Under the pieces are notes generated by a model. It had not been told where the DNA came from and made no database searches. It saw only the letters and a program-made list of their open reading frames with translations. 64,000 nucleotides of DNA from the human T2T-CHM13v2.0 reference genome, Homo sapiens: the NCBI RefSeq assembly GCF_009914755.1, contig NC_060935.1; one strand, 5' to 3'. The translations under genes were made by a program, and so were the position numbers. This document shows positions 1 through 12,790 of the stretch, piece after piece (the stretch's first letter is position 1; each line of letters starts with the position of its first letter).

Positions 1-700
1 GATGTTGAAATTTCTTATTATTTATGATGTTAATTTTGATCACTTACTTAAGACAGTTGGTATAAATCACGTTTTTCCTCTGTAACATTACAATTTTTTT
101 CAGTATAATCAACAATTATCTTGGGAAATATACTTTAAAACAATAAAAATATTCTTTTATCTCATTATTAATATATACTTGCTCCCTAATTTTTGCATTC
201 CTTGATAAATCTTTCCTACAATAAATATTACTCTGCTGTCTGCCACATGATAATTTCCATCAGTATTTCTACACTTGTCAGTTTGAATTCTAATATGAAT
301 AGGGCTGTTTCTTTACCTCATTTATTTATCCATTTATTTATGTCATATAGACTTACTAATGTTTATTTTAGTTAATGACTTTTAATCTATTACTATACTT
401 ATTTATTTAGTTCCAGTTGTCCCAGATTTGAACCCTGGCTTCTGTGTAATTTCAACATGACTTCATCATTTTTAAAGCACTTTCTTACCTTCTGGCACCA
501 CAAGATATTTAAGACTCATATTGTATTTGCCCTGCCCCACTCCTGGAATCTGCCTATTTCTCCCAGGAGTTCTCATTTCTGTTATGTAATAGTGACACTA
601 ACAAGCGAACGCTGTAAGTGCCGTCATGGCTACCCAGGTGTCACTTTTTCTGAATCCCCTCACTGGACATAGCTAGGAGATATATGCACTATTCACACAG
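1..700 (-). mobile_element. Old L1 3' end fragment (L1MC4/5-like)
   Basis: Motifs such as 'agcactttcttaccttctggcaccacaagat...ccctgccccactcctggaatc' resemble antisense L1MC 3' UTR; boundaries approximate. Confidence 0.6.
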
Positions 701-1329
701 AAATGCACACCTTTATATTAGATATACACATATTTTAACTATTTCCATAGCTGTTATTTTATTTGTAAATTTTTTCTTGTATAGTGAGTTTTACACAATA
801 TATTTATGTTTTTTTTAAATATACAATCCACATTGTTTCAGAAATGTTAACCTGTATTCTTGTGAAAAATAAATTAACCAACTAGGGTACACTATTTGTG
901 TACAGATATTTTGATTTTCTGTAAAAATTCTGTTTCTAGAATTCATTTTATTTCTTCTACATTTCTAATCAGGTTAAGACAGGTATGCAAATACATGCAT
1001 ATGTAGTCAATTTAAGGTTATTTGTTAGCATTTGTATTCCATTTTGCCCTCTTTTTCTTCCTGGTTGATATTATCTAATTTATTTTGGGGGTATGTGAAA
1101 CTTTATTAGAGTTTGAAAAGTAAAATATAAAAAATGTGTAATTAGAGATGTATCACTGTCCCCTGTCTCTTCTTAACTGGTTCCATTTCCCTATTTGTTT
1201 TACCCCTTCACAGTCTATGCCTTGTAGGTAGCATATCTCATTTCTGAGTTTTCCTTCCTCTCCCTATATATCTTTATTTTTATATGCATGTATATGCTTC
1301 TTTTTACATATGAGGAAACAGAAACACTA

Positions 1330-2230
1330 TTTTGCACTTAATTTTTTTAAATTTAACAATATGTGCTAAAAACTACTTGTCTAAGTTCATAAAGACCTTC
1401 CTCCTCCATTTGAATGGCTGCTTAATACTCCAATGTGTGCATGTACCTTAGTTTATTCAACCACTCTCTTGGATTTCTGGGTCAAATGGACAAGTGCTTG
1501 TGTAGTTTCAGAATTTTTCACTAGAAGGATTGTATCAGGTTATATTCCCAACAGCAATGTGTGAGAATGCCTATTTACTCACAGCATTACAACAGAATAT
1601 GCTGTCACTTTAATTTTTGACAATCTAGTGTGAAAAAAATAATGTCTCAATGATTTTTTTCACTTGCATTTTTAAAAACTATGAGTTTTAATATCTTTTC
1701 AGGACCATTAACAAAAGTCCTTCCAAAATATTTTTTTTTAAATGGGGAATAAAGGACAAAAGCATGATGGAAAAATGAGAAAAGTCATGAATAGACAATC
1801 CACACACAAAAAAAGATTAAATAAGTTCCATACCTCAAGTAATTAAAACTACTCTGTTTTTCTATTCATATACCAGTACCATATTATTTTAATTAGAGTC
1901 TTTATAGTATGCTATGAAATCTGGTTTATCTGTTTTAATATTCTAATTTCTGGTTTTATCTTTTCAGCATTTTACTGGCTGGTCTTGCCTATTTGTTTAT
2001 TCATGTGAACTTTTGAACCAACTTATCTAACAGCATACAAAGTCTGCTTTATATTCTTTCAGAATTTTATTAAATTTACAAATCAACTTAGAGATAACAT
2101 CTTCTTACAGTGAGAATCTCTAACCAAAACCAGGGATGTGTTACTATTTGTTAATGACTACTTTTGAATTTTTCAGAAATACTTTTAAGTTTTCAAAAGT
2201 TTTTATGTTTCATTTGTAATTCATCTACTT
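1330..2230 (-). mobile_element. Old L1M/L1ME ORF2 and 3' UTR fragments
   Basis: 'attcccaacagcaatgtgtgagaatgcctattt' and 'taccagtaccatattattttaatta' are antisense L1 ORF2 motifs. Confidence 0.6.
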
Positions 2231-5200
2231 CATCAAATGAATCAATATTTCCTTTCAGCTCATTATATTTTCATATTCTGTGAGTTGCATGAGTACCCAA
2301 GAAGTTGTATTCTTCATTATTATGGTGTAACATTTGACATACCTCTAAGATCTGTCCAACTGATTATATTTTTTAGGCTAGAATTCCACTTTATTTACCC
2401 TCAGAATCATTACCAATGCTCTCTTATCTCTTTCACACACCTTATTCATTCCTTTATTTTTAGCCTTTTTAATGCACTTTGCTTTAGGTTTATCTCTCGT
2501 GTGCAGTGCATAGTTGAGCCTTGATTTGTAAGTCAAATGGAAGAATGTGTCTTTTAATGGATAAACTAAGCCCTTTAACCTTTATTTGTATGACTGATTT
2601 TTCTGATCTCAACTGTGTCACACCATGTTTAAATTATGTATATTGTGTTATATTTTTCACGTTTCTCTAGAAGATGCGTATCCTTTGCTCTATAATTCAC
2701 AAACACTTTTTTGAAGATATTTAAGGAGTTTTGTTTTTTTGTTCTAGTGCTATTAGTTGTACATCTTTTTAATGTTCTTAGCTTCCTGGTAGCTTATTTT
2801 ATGTTAAACTAGCTATTTTGCTCATTTTTAAAATTAGTTTTTATTTTTTCTGCATGCATCAATCATCCACTAGTGTTATTTAATGTAAGCATTTAACTTT
2901 CAGTTATTGACTAACAAATGAGTTTATTCTTTCCCCCTTTTCTCTCTTACTCCTCTTATATTTTACTAGTATTGTATCTATTTTGTAACAATTTATAATA
3001 TTTTTACATATAATATTTTGTAGATACTAACTCTTCAAAATAAATTGCCAAGAATACACAAGTAGAAAGTATGTCCACTATCTTTGAGTTTTTTATTTTT
3101 GACTTTTAAGGTGTTTTTCTCTAACCTCAATTATAATATTTTTCATAATTCTCCTTCATATGTATGCGCTATATCAGACATAGTTCTGTGAATACAGAGG
3201 TCCTATCTTCTGTATCCTCGGAGCCCCTCAGTAATTGTTTAGTGCAATCAATATTAGTAGTAACTTTTACAAAGACTATAAGAGTGGTTTGAAATAATTT
3301 TACTGACAGTGACAATTATTTTATCCACACAGTAGTCTTCCATTTGTTCCAGTTTAGAATCCTTGTTGTTGCCTCCTGTCTAACCAAAAATATTTTGTGA
3401 ATTCCAGTTTCAAAGTTCTACTAAATAGATAGTTTTAATTACTGATTCCGAAACCAAATTTTAAACTTTGACTCCATGTTAAACTGGTGTACTGAAAAGA
3501 AGCTTTTCAGATGAGAATCTAGTTCCAAAATTTGTGTGCTTCAGAGATTTTGGAGAAAAGTAACCTTCTGGCCTTTTTAAAAATCATAAAGACTGAAATG
3601 AGAACACTTGTGAAAGTTCTTTCATTTCAAAGTTTTATGTCCACATATATTTCTTTGGATTTTTCAGTCTGGGGATGCCAAACTCATTTTGCCTGTCAAG
3701 ATACATTTTATCTCTCAAGTTTCAAGTAACACCTTTACAAAGTGAATATAATGGTAATATATGCCCCTCTTTGCTTCTGGTGATATGGCAGCAATGAAAG
3801 TTCACTTAAAGAGTGTTTATAAATTATTGAATAGCTGCTCCATCTACCACACTACATTAATGTGAGATTACATTTCATAACGTGAAAGTGTTTTGGAAAT
3901 GGCTAAATGATATCCAAATGTGATTGTCACTGATTTGTAAGTCAGTTTAGATGAATGACACAGTCTTCATCATGCCAGCGTCACAAATTTTATACCATAA
4001 ATTTTATTCACTATTCAATGTCATAAAACAAGAAATTTCTTTTTTGAAACCTGGCCTGTCCATTGCTAGCTGATGTACAGATCCTGTGGAACACATGCAA
4101 ACACATACACACAGAAAGGATAGAGAGAAAATGTTAAATTACAATAAAGTAACCTTAAACAAAAATAAATTCAAGCCATAATTTAATTTACCAGTCTTTT
4201 AACTTAATTCCGGGACTGACATTTATCTAGTACACAAAAGCAATATTATTATCGTTGGTAAGTGTTGAAATTTTTCTATGGCAATTTTAAATAGCTTCTG
4301 TGCTGAGCTCCCCAAGAGCCTGTACACCATCCTGATCCTCCATCCCTAGAACTCCCATCATCTAGCTCCCAACTATTAGTCCCTGAATGAGCAGGGTCTT
4401 TGTGGATCTTGCTTCAGTGCTGTGGCACTGTTCTCATTGATTGGTGCTTTAAGTATTTTCTCTCTCACATTTCCCTATCTCTTTAAGGCAAAAGATGAAT
4501 GGATGAATGAGATTTCCTCTCCAGCTTCTGTTAGCTCTCATCCACAGGATTCACTTTTAGAGACTAGCAGCAGCAGACCGACCACTGCAATATGCTTTGA
4601 CTTGGCCACTTCCCAGTTCCTCCAGTTTGAGAATACTTTCCTGTATCCTTCATCTGTTTTCATCCCTCATTCAGTTTAGTCATTGCCTCTTCTTGAATGT
4701 TTCTGCTGATGCTCTGGCATATCTGAATGACCCATCTATATGTTCTCCTGGCACCATGTTTTTACATCATATCTTCATTTTACACTGTAATCACCTAATT
4801 CCTTGTATGTCTTTCTTTCTGGATTCACATTCCTTAGGCAAGGGCTTTGTTGTCTTGTGTTCAGTATATAATGTCATAAATAAAAGAATAGATACAGTTG
4901 ATATGATGAGGTTAAGTACATATCAGACCCTCTGATAAGCTCTTTCTAAATTTTATCTTTTTAAATCATTGTTTTACAGACAAAATACAAATTCAGTGAG
5001 AAAAAAATAACCTACTTGAGTGCACACTGCCTGAAGTTGAACTAGCATCTGCCTGAATGTAATACTCTTATCCTACCAGCAATACCACGCTTCCTATCTA
5101 CTGACTTGTAAACATGTCATTTCCCATTTAGCATCTAGGGCACTGGGCACATAATCCATACTGGATTTAAAAAAAACAGAATTAAAAACTGGCTGGTGTT

Positions 5201-5619
5201 TAAAATTATCTGTCAATAGTTACAATTCCAAGACCCTCACTCTTGAAAGCATTGTACTTTTATATTCACTTACTTTCTCTCCCTTTGTGTAAATTGAATA
5301 ATCTTCTGTTTAAGTGTAGCTCTTTCAAAGTATTTTTAAATTTCCAGTCTAACACAGAAGGATTACATAATAGTGTGGTATGCTATCTTTTTTCTCTTCT
5401 TAATGAAACACTGTCTTCAAAATATGTGTCTTTTGCTTGTCTTAACGTGAAATTTGTGAAAAAAATAGTGAATTAATATTGTGGGATTTTTTTGTAGTCT
5501 CTTTGCTTATGGTATTTCTTATGCCTTCTCTAAAGAGGTCATTTGTGAATACAATAAAGACCTCCTAATACACACTAAGCAGGTAGGTGTGTTGGTTGGG
5601 ATACAGTAGATTTTTTTCC

Positions 5620-5790
5620 AAGAGCTAGTAGTCACAGACAAATTTGGGGCAAGTTATTTAATCTTGCTGAGAATTCAGTTTCCTCATTAGTTAAGAAACT
5701 ATAGGACTAACAATGTCTACCTCCAACAATCGGCACAGAGCCTAAGTGAGAAAATATTTGACATAGCTTATGAAAAGCAGTAAGCTGCAA
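5620..5790. mobile_element. MIR SINE
   Basis: MIR core 'ggcaagttatttaatcttgctgagaattcagtttcctcat'. Confidence 0.7.
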
Positions 5791-6414
5791 TCATTGTTCA
5801 TCTTTTCTCTGTTCTTCACTTTTTAATGGAGTCTTATTCCAGTCCTGAAATAATTGTATGTGATCATTTTTCCTTAATTATTTCCTCAACATATATAAAA
5901 TTGTTCTAAAATACATGGATTAAAATTGAGAGAAAGAGAGGTATTGTTTTGCAATAAGTGTCAGTTGTGCTTGGGACATATATTGTCATCAATTTCCATT
6001 CCAATCTGAAGAATTTGGACTAAATGCTGCATCTCTTTACTAGTGATATATTTAAAAAGGGATAAGAAGTAAAATCCTAATTTGAGTATACTGTAGAATA
6101 TAAATATACTAAATCAGAGAGAAGAATATTTATAAAATACACAAAGGTTTAAAAAATTTATCAAAATAAAAGTTACTTGAACTGAATAAAGCCAGAGTTT
6201 GGTGACTCTAGTGCTAGCTAGAATGTTTTAAACGTTTGATTTTTATTTTTCCTTTTCTTTCCATTTGGTTGGTAAGTCACAGACTCATATAAAAACACGC
6301 TATGATATAACGTGTTAGTCTTTAGTATAAACAGCTGTAATGAAGAGCTGTAATGACTTAAGAAACAATTTTCCCTATATCCCTCCAGTGTAAAGTAAGG
6401 GAAGATAAGTGCCA

Positions 6415-6510
6415 TGTGGTTTAGGATTGGTCCTTGTGACCACCGCTATATCTCTAGCCTCATGAATAGAGCCTGGCACATGGTAGGTTTGAAATGAATG
6501 TTTGTCAAAT
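6415..6510 (+). mobile_element. L2 3' end fragment
   Basis: 'ctctagcctcatgaatagagcctggcacatggtagg' matches the L2 terminus. Confidence 0.6.
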
Positions 6511-6813
6511 GTCATTTTATATTCATCCATTTGTTAATGTCCTAATACAGCAATGGCTGAAGTTAAAATTTGTAGAGGAATAACTCCTGAAATTTTGTAA
6601 CTATTTAAAATTTAAAAAGTATGCTCAGAATTATTATCTGATCTCATTTTAGGAATATCAATCAGTTGAGGTACATGAAACAGACAGTATTATTTCAAGT
6701 TTATTGAGAAGAAAACTGATGGCCAGAGACTTGAAATTCACTTTAATGGTTCTCAAAGTTTGAAAAAGATAATTATAACTTCCAAGTGAAGCCTCTGAAT
6801 TACAATCTACAAA

Positions 6814-7027
6814 TTTCCTTCCTTCCTCCCTTCCCCCCTTTTTCCTCCTCCTATTCCTGTTCCTTTTATCCTCCTCCTCCTCCACCATCCTCCTCTTCTT
6901 CTTCCTCCTCCTTCTGCAGCTGCTGCTTCTTCTCCTTCTCCTTCTCTGTCTTCTCTTCTCTTCTCTCTTCTCTTCTTTTTCTTCTTTTTCTTCTTCTTCT
7001 TCTTCTGCTTCTTCTTCTTCTTCTTCT

Positions 7028-7066
<39 letters not shown>

Positions 7067-7213
7067 TCTTCTTCATCTCCTCCTTCTCCTCCTTCTCCTC
7101 CTTCTTCTTTTTCTTCCTCTTCCTCTTCTTATTCTTCTTCTTCTTCCTCTTCTCCTTCTCCTTCTTCCTCTTCTATCTTCTTCTTCTCTCCTCTCTCTCT
7201 CTCTTTCTCTTTC
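6814..7213 (+). repeat. Compound polypyrimidine tract (TCC)n/(TTC)n/(CT)n, including (CTT)5-CTG-(CTT)14
   Basis: Directly visible: ~400 bp that is almost entirely C/T. Confidence 0.97.
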
Positions 7214-7789
7214 ATCTTGTAATAAGTGAGTGAGTGTCATTTAAACACTAAGCTTGGTTCTGAAGATTTAAAAATTTAAAAAAACATCAACTTATTATTG
7301 TCATTGCCCTCAAGGGCTCACGGTCTTCTCACAGATACAGATACGTAAAATACCAGTATAAATGTATGAAACTTCCAGATAAAGACGGCATGTTGAACAA
7401 ACTTTTATTTTTTATTTACCAAAAACAAATAAAAGTGTTATTAAAGGAATAAAAATATATAGACACTTATAATTGCAAAGGAAATGAGGTAGAATAACAG
7501 CATGCATAATAGTCTGTTATTTAAGTCAGGAAGAACAATTAATAATTCCTAATTCAAAGCAGAGGAAGTCACAACTCAGCATGTTCACAGATAAGGATCC
7601 AGAAAATAGGAAAGTGGATTGTTCATTCACACACTGTAGAGGCTAAGACTTAGACACCAAATGCCACACAGTAAGGAGAAGGAAACAAGGTTGAACGCAC
7701 AGGAACTATTCAAAATTCTGTATCTGGCACTGTACTCCTTTGTATAATACTCCTTTTAATAAAGACAGAAGACACCAGAGTATACATAA

Positions 7790-8140
7790 ATGGTGTGTTA
7801 GGTATTGTAGACTGTACTACCTCTGTACTCTTGTTCAACTCTCCTCTTCTCTTTTGCTTCCACTATTGGGGCATGAAAAATTATTCACCCTTCTAGCCTC
7901 TAATGCAGTTTCAATAACCATGCATGAAATAAATTTGGTCAACATGACCAAAGTAGAATTCTGTGGGAGGCCTCTAAGAGGTATAATTTATGAAGCTGCA
8001 GCTGCATATTGATATTATGAGGTAAAGGCCAAAATAATTGAGAAATAGCCCATGACATTGCTAAGCTACTAAACCAATGACATCAACCACTAATTCCAGA
8101 GTTTCTGTTGTGTGAAAAAAAAAATAAAATAAAAATTTTA
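7790..8140 (+). mobile_element. Old MaLR (MLT1-type) LTR remnant
   Basis: Ends in 'ccagagtttctgttgtgtga...aaataaa', typical of MLT1 U3/R; highly diverged. Confidence 0.4.
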
Positions 8141-8227
8141 AGACAGTAATAGTTGCATTGTTATTTGCAAACAAACATAACCAATGATGGCATATGCATA
8201 TGCATGGAGGTACTAGAGGCTGAAAGA

Positions 8228-10566
8228 TGTATTCATCTGTTCTCATGCTGCTAGTAAACACATACTTGAGACTGGGTAATTTATAAAGGAAAGAAGTTTA
8301 ATTGACTTGCAGTTCCACATCACTGGGGAGGCCTTTCAATCATGGTGGAAGTTGAATGAGGAGCAAAGTCATGTCTTACATGGTGGCAGGCAAGAGAGTG
8401 CGTGGAGGGGAACTCTCCTTTGTAAAACCATCAGATCTCATGAGACTTATTCACCATCATGAGAACAGCATAGGAAAGACCTGCTCCCATGATAAAATTA
8501 CCTCTCACCGAGTCCCTCCCATGATACATTGTAGCTCCAAATTATAGGAGATACAATTCAAGATGAGATTTGGGTGAGGACAAAGCCAAACCATATCATT
8601 CCACCCCTGGCCTCTCCCAAATCTCATGTCCTCACATTTCAAAATCAATCATGCCTTCCCTTCAGTCCCCCAAAGTCTTAACTCATTTCAGCATTAACTG
8701 AAAGGTCTATAGTTCAAAGTCTCATCTGAGAGAAGGGAAATTCCTAAAGTTTATGAGCCTGTAAAATCAAAAGCAATTTAGATACTTTCTAGATACATTG
8801 AGGGTATAGACATTGGGTAAATACAGCTGTTCCAAATGGGAGAAATTGACCAAAACCAAAGGACTACAGACCTCATGCAAGTCCAAAATACAGCAAGGCC
8901 GTCAAATTGTAAAGCTCCAAAATGACCTTCTTTGACTCTATGTCTCACATCCAGGTCATGTTGATGCAAGTGGTGGGTTGCCGTTACCTTGGGCAGCTCT
9001 GCCCTGTGGCTTTGCAGGGTACAGCACCTCTCCTGGTTGCTTTCATGGGCTGGCATTGAGCGTCGTCAGCTTTTCCAGGCACACAGTGAAAGCTCTTGGT
9101 GGGTCTACGATTCTGGGGTCTAGAGGATGGTGGCACTCTTCTCACAGCGCTACTATGCAGTGCCCCAGTGGGGACTCTGTATGGGGCCTCACACCCCACA
9201 TTTTTCTTCTGTACTGCCTTAGCAGCAGTTCTCCATGAGGGCTCTGCCCCAGTAGCACACATCTGCTTGGGCATTGAAATCTAGGCAGAAGTTCCCCAAC
9301 CTCAATTCTTAACTTCTGTGGACCTGCAGGCCCAATGCCACATGTTAGCCACCAAGCCTTAGGGCTTTCACTCTCTGAAAAAAATGGCCTGAGCTGTACG
9401 TTGGCCCCTTGTAGTCATGGCTGCGATGCAGGGCACCAAGTCCCAAGACTCCATAAAGCAGTAAGGTACTGGGCCCGGACCACAAAACCATTTATTCCTC
9501 CTAGGCCTCCCAGCTTGTGATGGCGGGGGCTGCCGTGAAGACCTGTGACATTCCCTGGAGATATGTTCCCCATTGTTAATCCCTCGGTGATTAACATCTG
9601 GCTTCTCTTTACTGATGCCAATTTCTGCAGCTGGCTCCAATTTCTCTGCAGAAAATGAGTTTTTCTTTTCTGTTGCATCTTCAGGCTGCAAATTTTCTGA
9701 CCTTTTATACTCTGCTTCCCTTCTCCTTCCCTTTTAAACATAAGTTCCAATTCCAAACCACATCTTGTGAATACATAAAACTGAATGCTTTTGACAGTAC
9801 CCAAGTTACATCTTGAATGCTTTGCTGCTTAGAAATTTCTTCCGCCAGATGCCCTAAATAATCTCTTAAGTTAAAAGTTCCACAGATCTACAGGACAGGA
9901 GCAAAATGCCACCAGTCTCTTTGCTAAAACATAGCAAGAGTCACCTTTATTCCAGTTCCAAACAAGTTTCTCATCTTCACCTGAGACCACCTTAGTCTCA
10001 ACTTTATTGTCCACATCACTATCAGCATTTTGGTCAAAGCCATTCAACCAGTCTCTAGGATGTTCCAAACTTTTCCACATTTTTCTATCTTCTTCTGAGC
10101 CCTCCAAAATGTTCCAAACTCTGTCTGTTACCCAGTTCCAAAGTTGCTTTCAGATTTTTGGGTATCTTTACAGCAGCACCCACTCTACCGGTACCAATTT
10201 ACTGTATTAGTCTGTTCTCACACTGCTAATAAATACATGCGTGAGACTAGGTAATTTATAAAGGGAATAGGTTTAATTGACTCACAGTTCCATGTTGCTG
10301 AGGAGGCCTCACAATAATGGTGGAAAGCAAATGAGGAACAAAGTCATGTCTTACTTGGTGGCAGGCAAGAGAGCTTGTTGAGGAGAACTCCCCCTTATAA
10401 AACCATCAGATCTCACAAGACTTAGTCACTATCATGAGACCAGCATGGAAAAGACCCACCTTCATTATTCAATTACCTCCCACCTGGTCCCTCCCACAAC
10501 ATGTGGGAATCATAGGAGCTACAATTCAAGATGAGATTTGGGTGGGAACATAGAAAATTCATATCA
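8228..10566 (-). mobile_element. Full-length THE1 (THE1C-like) ERVL-MaLR provirus: LTR 8228-8598, internal 8599-10202, LTR 10203-10566
   Basis: Two direct ~365-bp LTRs (tgtatt...catatca) flank a 1.6-kb internal region; perfect 5-bp TSD AAAGA at 8223-8227 and 10567-10571. Confidence 0.95.
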
Positions 10567-10879
<313 letters not shown>

Positions 10880-10947
<68 letters not shown>

Positions 10948-10993
10948 CTCATATATATGTCTCTGTTATATATACATATATTTTTATATATAT

Positions 10994-11043
<50 letters not shown>
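10880..11043. repeat. (CT)n plus interrupted (TA)n microsatellite replacing the Alu tail
   Basis: Directly visible. Confidence 0.95.
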
Positions 11044-11045
<2 letters not shown>

Positions 11046-11505
11046 CAGAGACAAGGGTCAATGTGTCAAAACACTGAGGTTTTGAAATTTCAGATTGCAA
11101 GTGAAGTAAGACATTTTCTACCGGGACAGGTAGAAGATATTAGCATGGGTATAGATTCATATAAGAGGATGGCAAGTAAGGAGGGGTAAACTATTGAGAA
11201 ATATCTTGCCTAAAACTTTAGTTTTCTCTATGAGGTAAGATGTGAGGTCATCTATTAATTCTGTGTTTAAACGTGTGTGATTTTGCTTATGATTGTTTGC
11301 TGAAAGATTGAGTATTCTAAGAAGTAATAAAGATTAAAGTAAAAGTTGAAGTGAATTAGAATTGTAACTAACTGAAATAGTACAGATAGATTCTACACAA
11401 ATTGGGGTCTCAGCTGTAGTTTGAAATGTGACCTAACAGCAGTGTTTCTCCATGGCTTTTCATCCCCTAGTTAAACTTTTTAAGTATGTTTTCTCCATAA
11501 AATTG

Positions 11506-11635
11506 TAATGTTTTGATATTCTCATTATGATTTGATATATCATTAATGTTTTGATATACTCACTATACAAATTTTAATGTCTTGGTAGACTCATTTTTAT
11601 GTTTTGATATACAAAATTAATGTTTGATATACTCA
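11506..11635. repeat. Degenerate tandem repeat, core TAATGTTTTGATATACTCA, about 5 copies
   Basis: Units begin near 11506, 11544, 11575, 11598 and 11618. Confidence 0.75.
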
Positions 11636-11829
11636 ACTTTCTCTTTTAGAGGTCAAAAAACCATTACAATATCTCAATTTTTTGTCCTTCCTTCCCCCCA
11701 ACCGAATAATCAATTTTCAACCTTTTGAAATAAATGATTATTTAGAGGAAGAGTTTTCTTACTTGGCCCCCACCAAAAACTGGTGAAAGGTTACTGAACT
11801 ATTATATCCTCTTATTGTTGCCATAATGG

Positions 11830-12000
11830 CAACATGGTGTAGTGATAGAAACATGACTTTGGAATCACAAAGGCAGACATGTTTCTTTATCCTGTTTACT
11901 CATTTACTTCCTGTTTGAACTTGGGTACTTTGCTTCACTTTTATGATCTTCATCTGTGATCACATATAAAGTTTCTAGCATGTAGTTTTTAAAAATTAAC
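11830..12000. mobile_element. MIR SINE
   Basis: 'ggtgtagtgatagaaacatgactttggaatca' 5' motif plus decayed core. Confidence 0.6.
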
Positions 12001-12609
12001 AGATGGCATTTTTGATGTTTTTATGCTTTTGCTTTATTGAAAAAGTAATTGAAAAAATGAGTTAATAGATTAAAATTTTAAAAATGTCAACACGTGAAAT
12101 ATAGTGATGAGGAAAAGAAAATAAGCAGTAAAAGTAATAGAGATGGAACAACTAGTTGTGTTAAGAGTGAGATGCTGGAGTATAATATTTCATATATGAA
12201 GCATTTTGTGTTAAGGACAAAGCCTAGGCATATATGTGAGTATAGTTTGCTGGAGTGGATTTTCAGGCCCTTGAAGACATTAATTAAGAGACATTAATAT
12301 GGAGGTATAAAGTAGGTGGTCAACATGGATATTAAAATCATCCAAGACCAGGAACAAAGACTCAGTATAGAGAGTGACCAGCAGATAGCAGATGACATCA
12401 TTAAGTTGACAGAGAGAAACTTAGCAAGATAACACACGATTTACAATGAAAAGCTTTTCATGCATGAGAAGGTGGAAGCAGAGTGAACACGAAGCAATAT
12501 TAAGACCTGGAAAATACTGATGTTTCTTCCATTTGGTGGCATTATGGTATGTGGGGAGAGGACAAATCAAAGGTAAAGAGCAAGTTTTATAACTCAAATG
12601 CGATGTACA

Positions 12610-12790
12610 ACCCACATACTAGGTTTCTAACATCACACAAGTTATTAAGGTCTTCTGAGTCTCAGGTTATATAAAATTGGAATAATAATGTCAAACTCAG
12701 GGAATTATTATTCTGATAAATGTAACACTATCAATGAAATGCTGAGTAAAGGACTGGGCACTGGTGATCCTTCAAAAAAGTGGCGGCTAT
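12610..12790. mobile_element. MIR SINE
   Basis: 'ctgagtctcaggttatataaaattggaataataat' core. Confidence 0.55.

Noticed and set aside
6658-7229. ORFs encoding poly-Leu/Ser and poly-Lys/Arg
   Set aside because: Translation artefacts of the TTC/TCC simple repeat
8356-10210. Cluster of overlapping ORFs
   Set aside because: Fragments of decayed THE1 LTR and internal sequence; no continuous frame
11506-11635. CRISPR-like repeat-spacer array
   Set aside because: Primate DNA; repeats are degenerate, spacers are irregular and self-derived, and there are no cas genes
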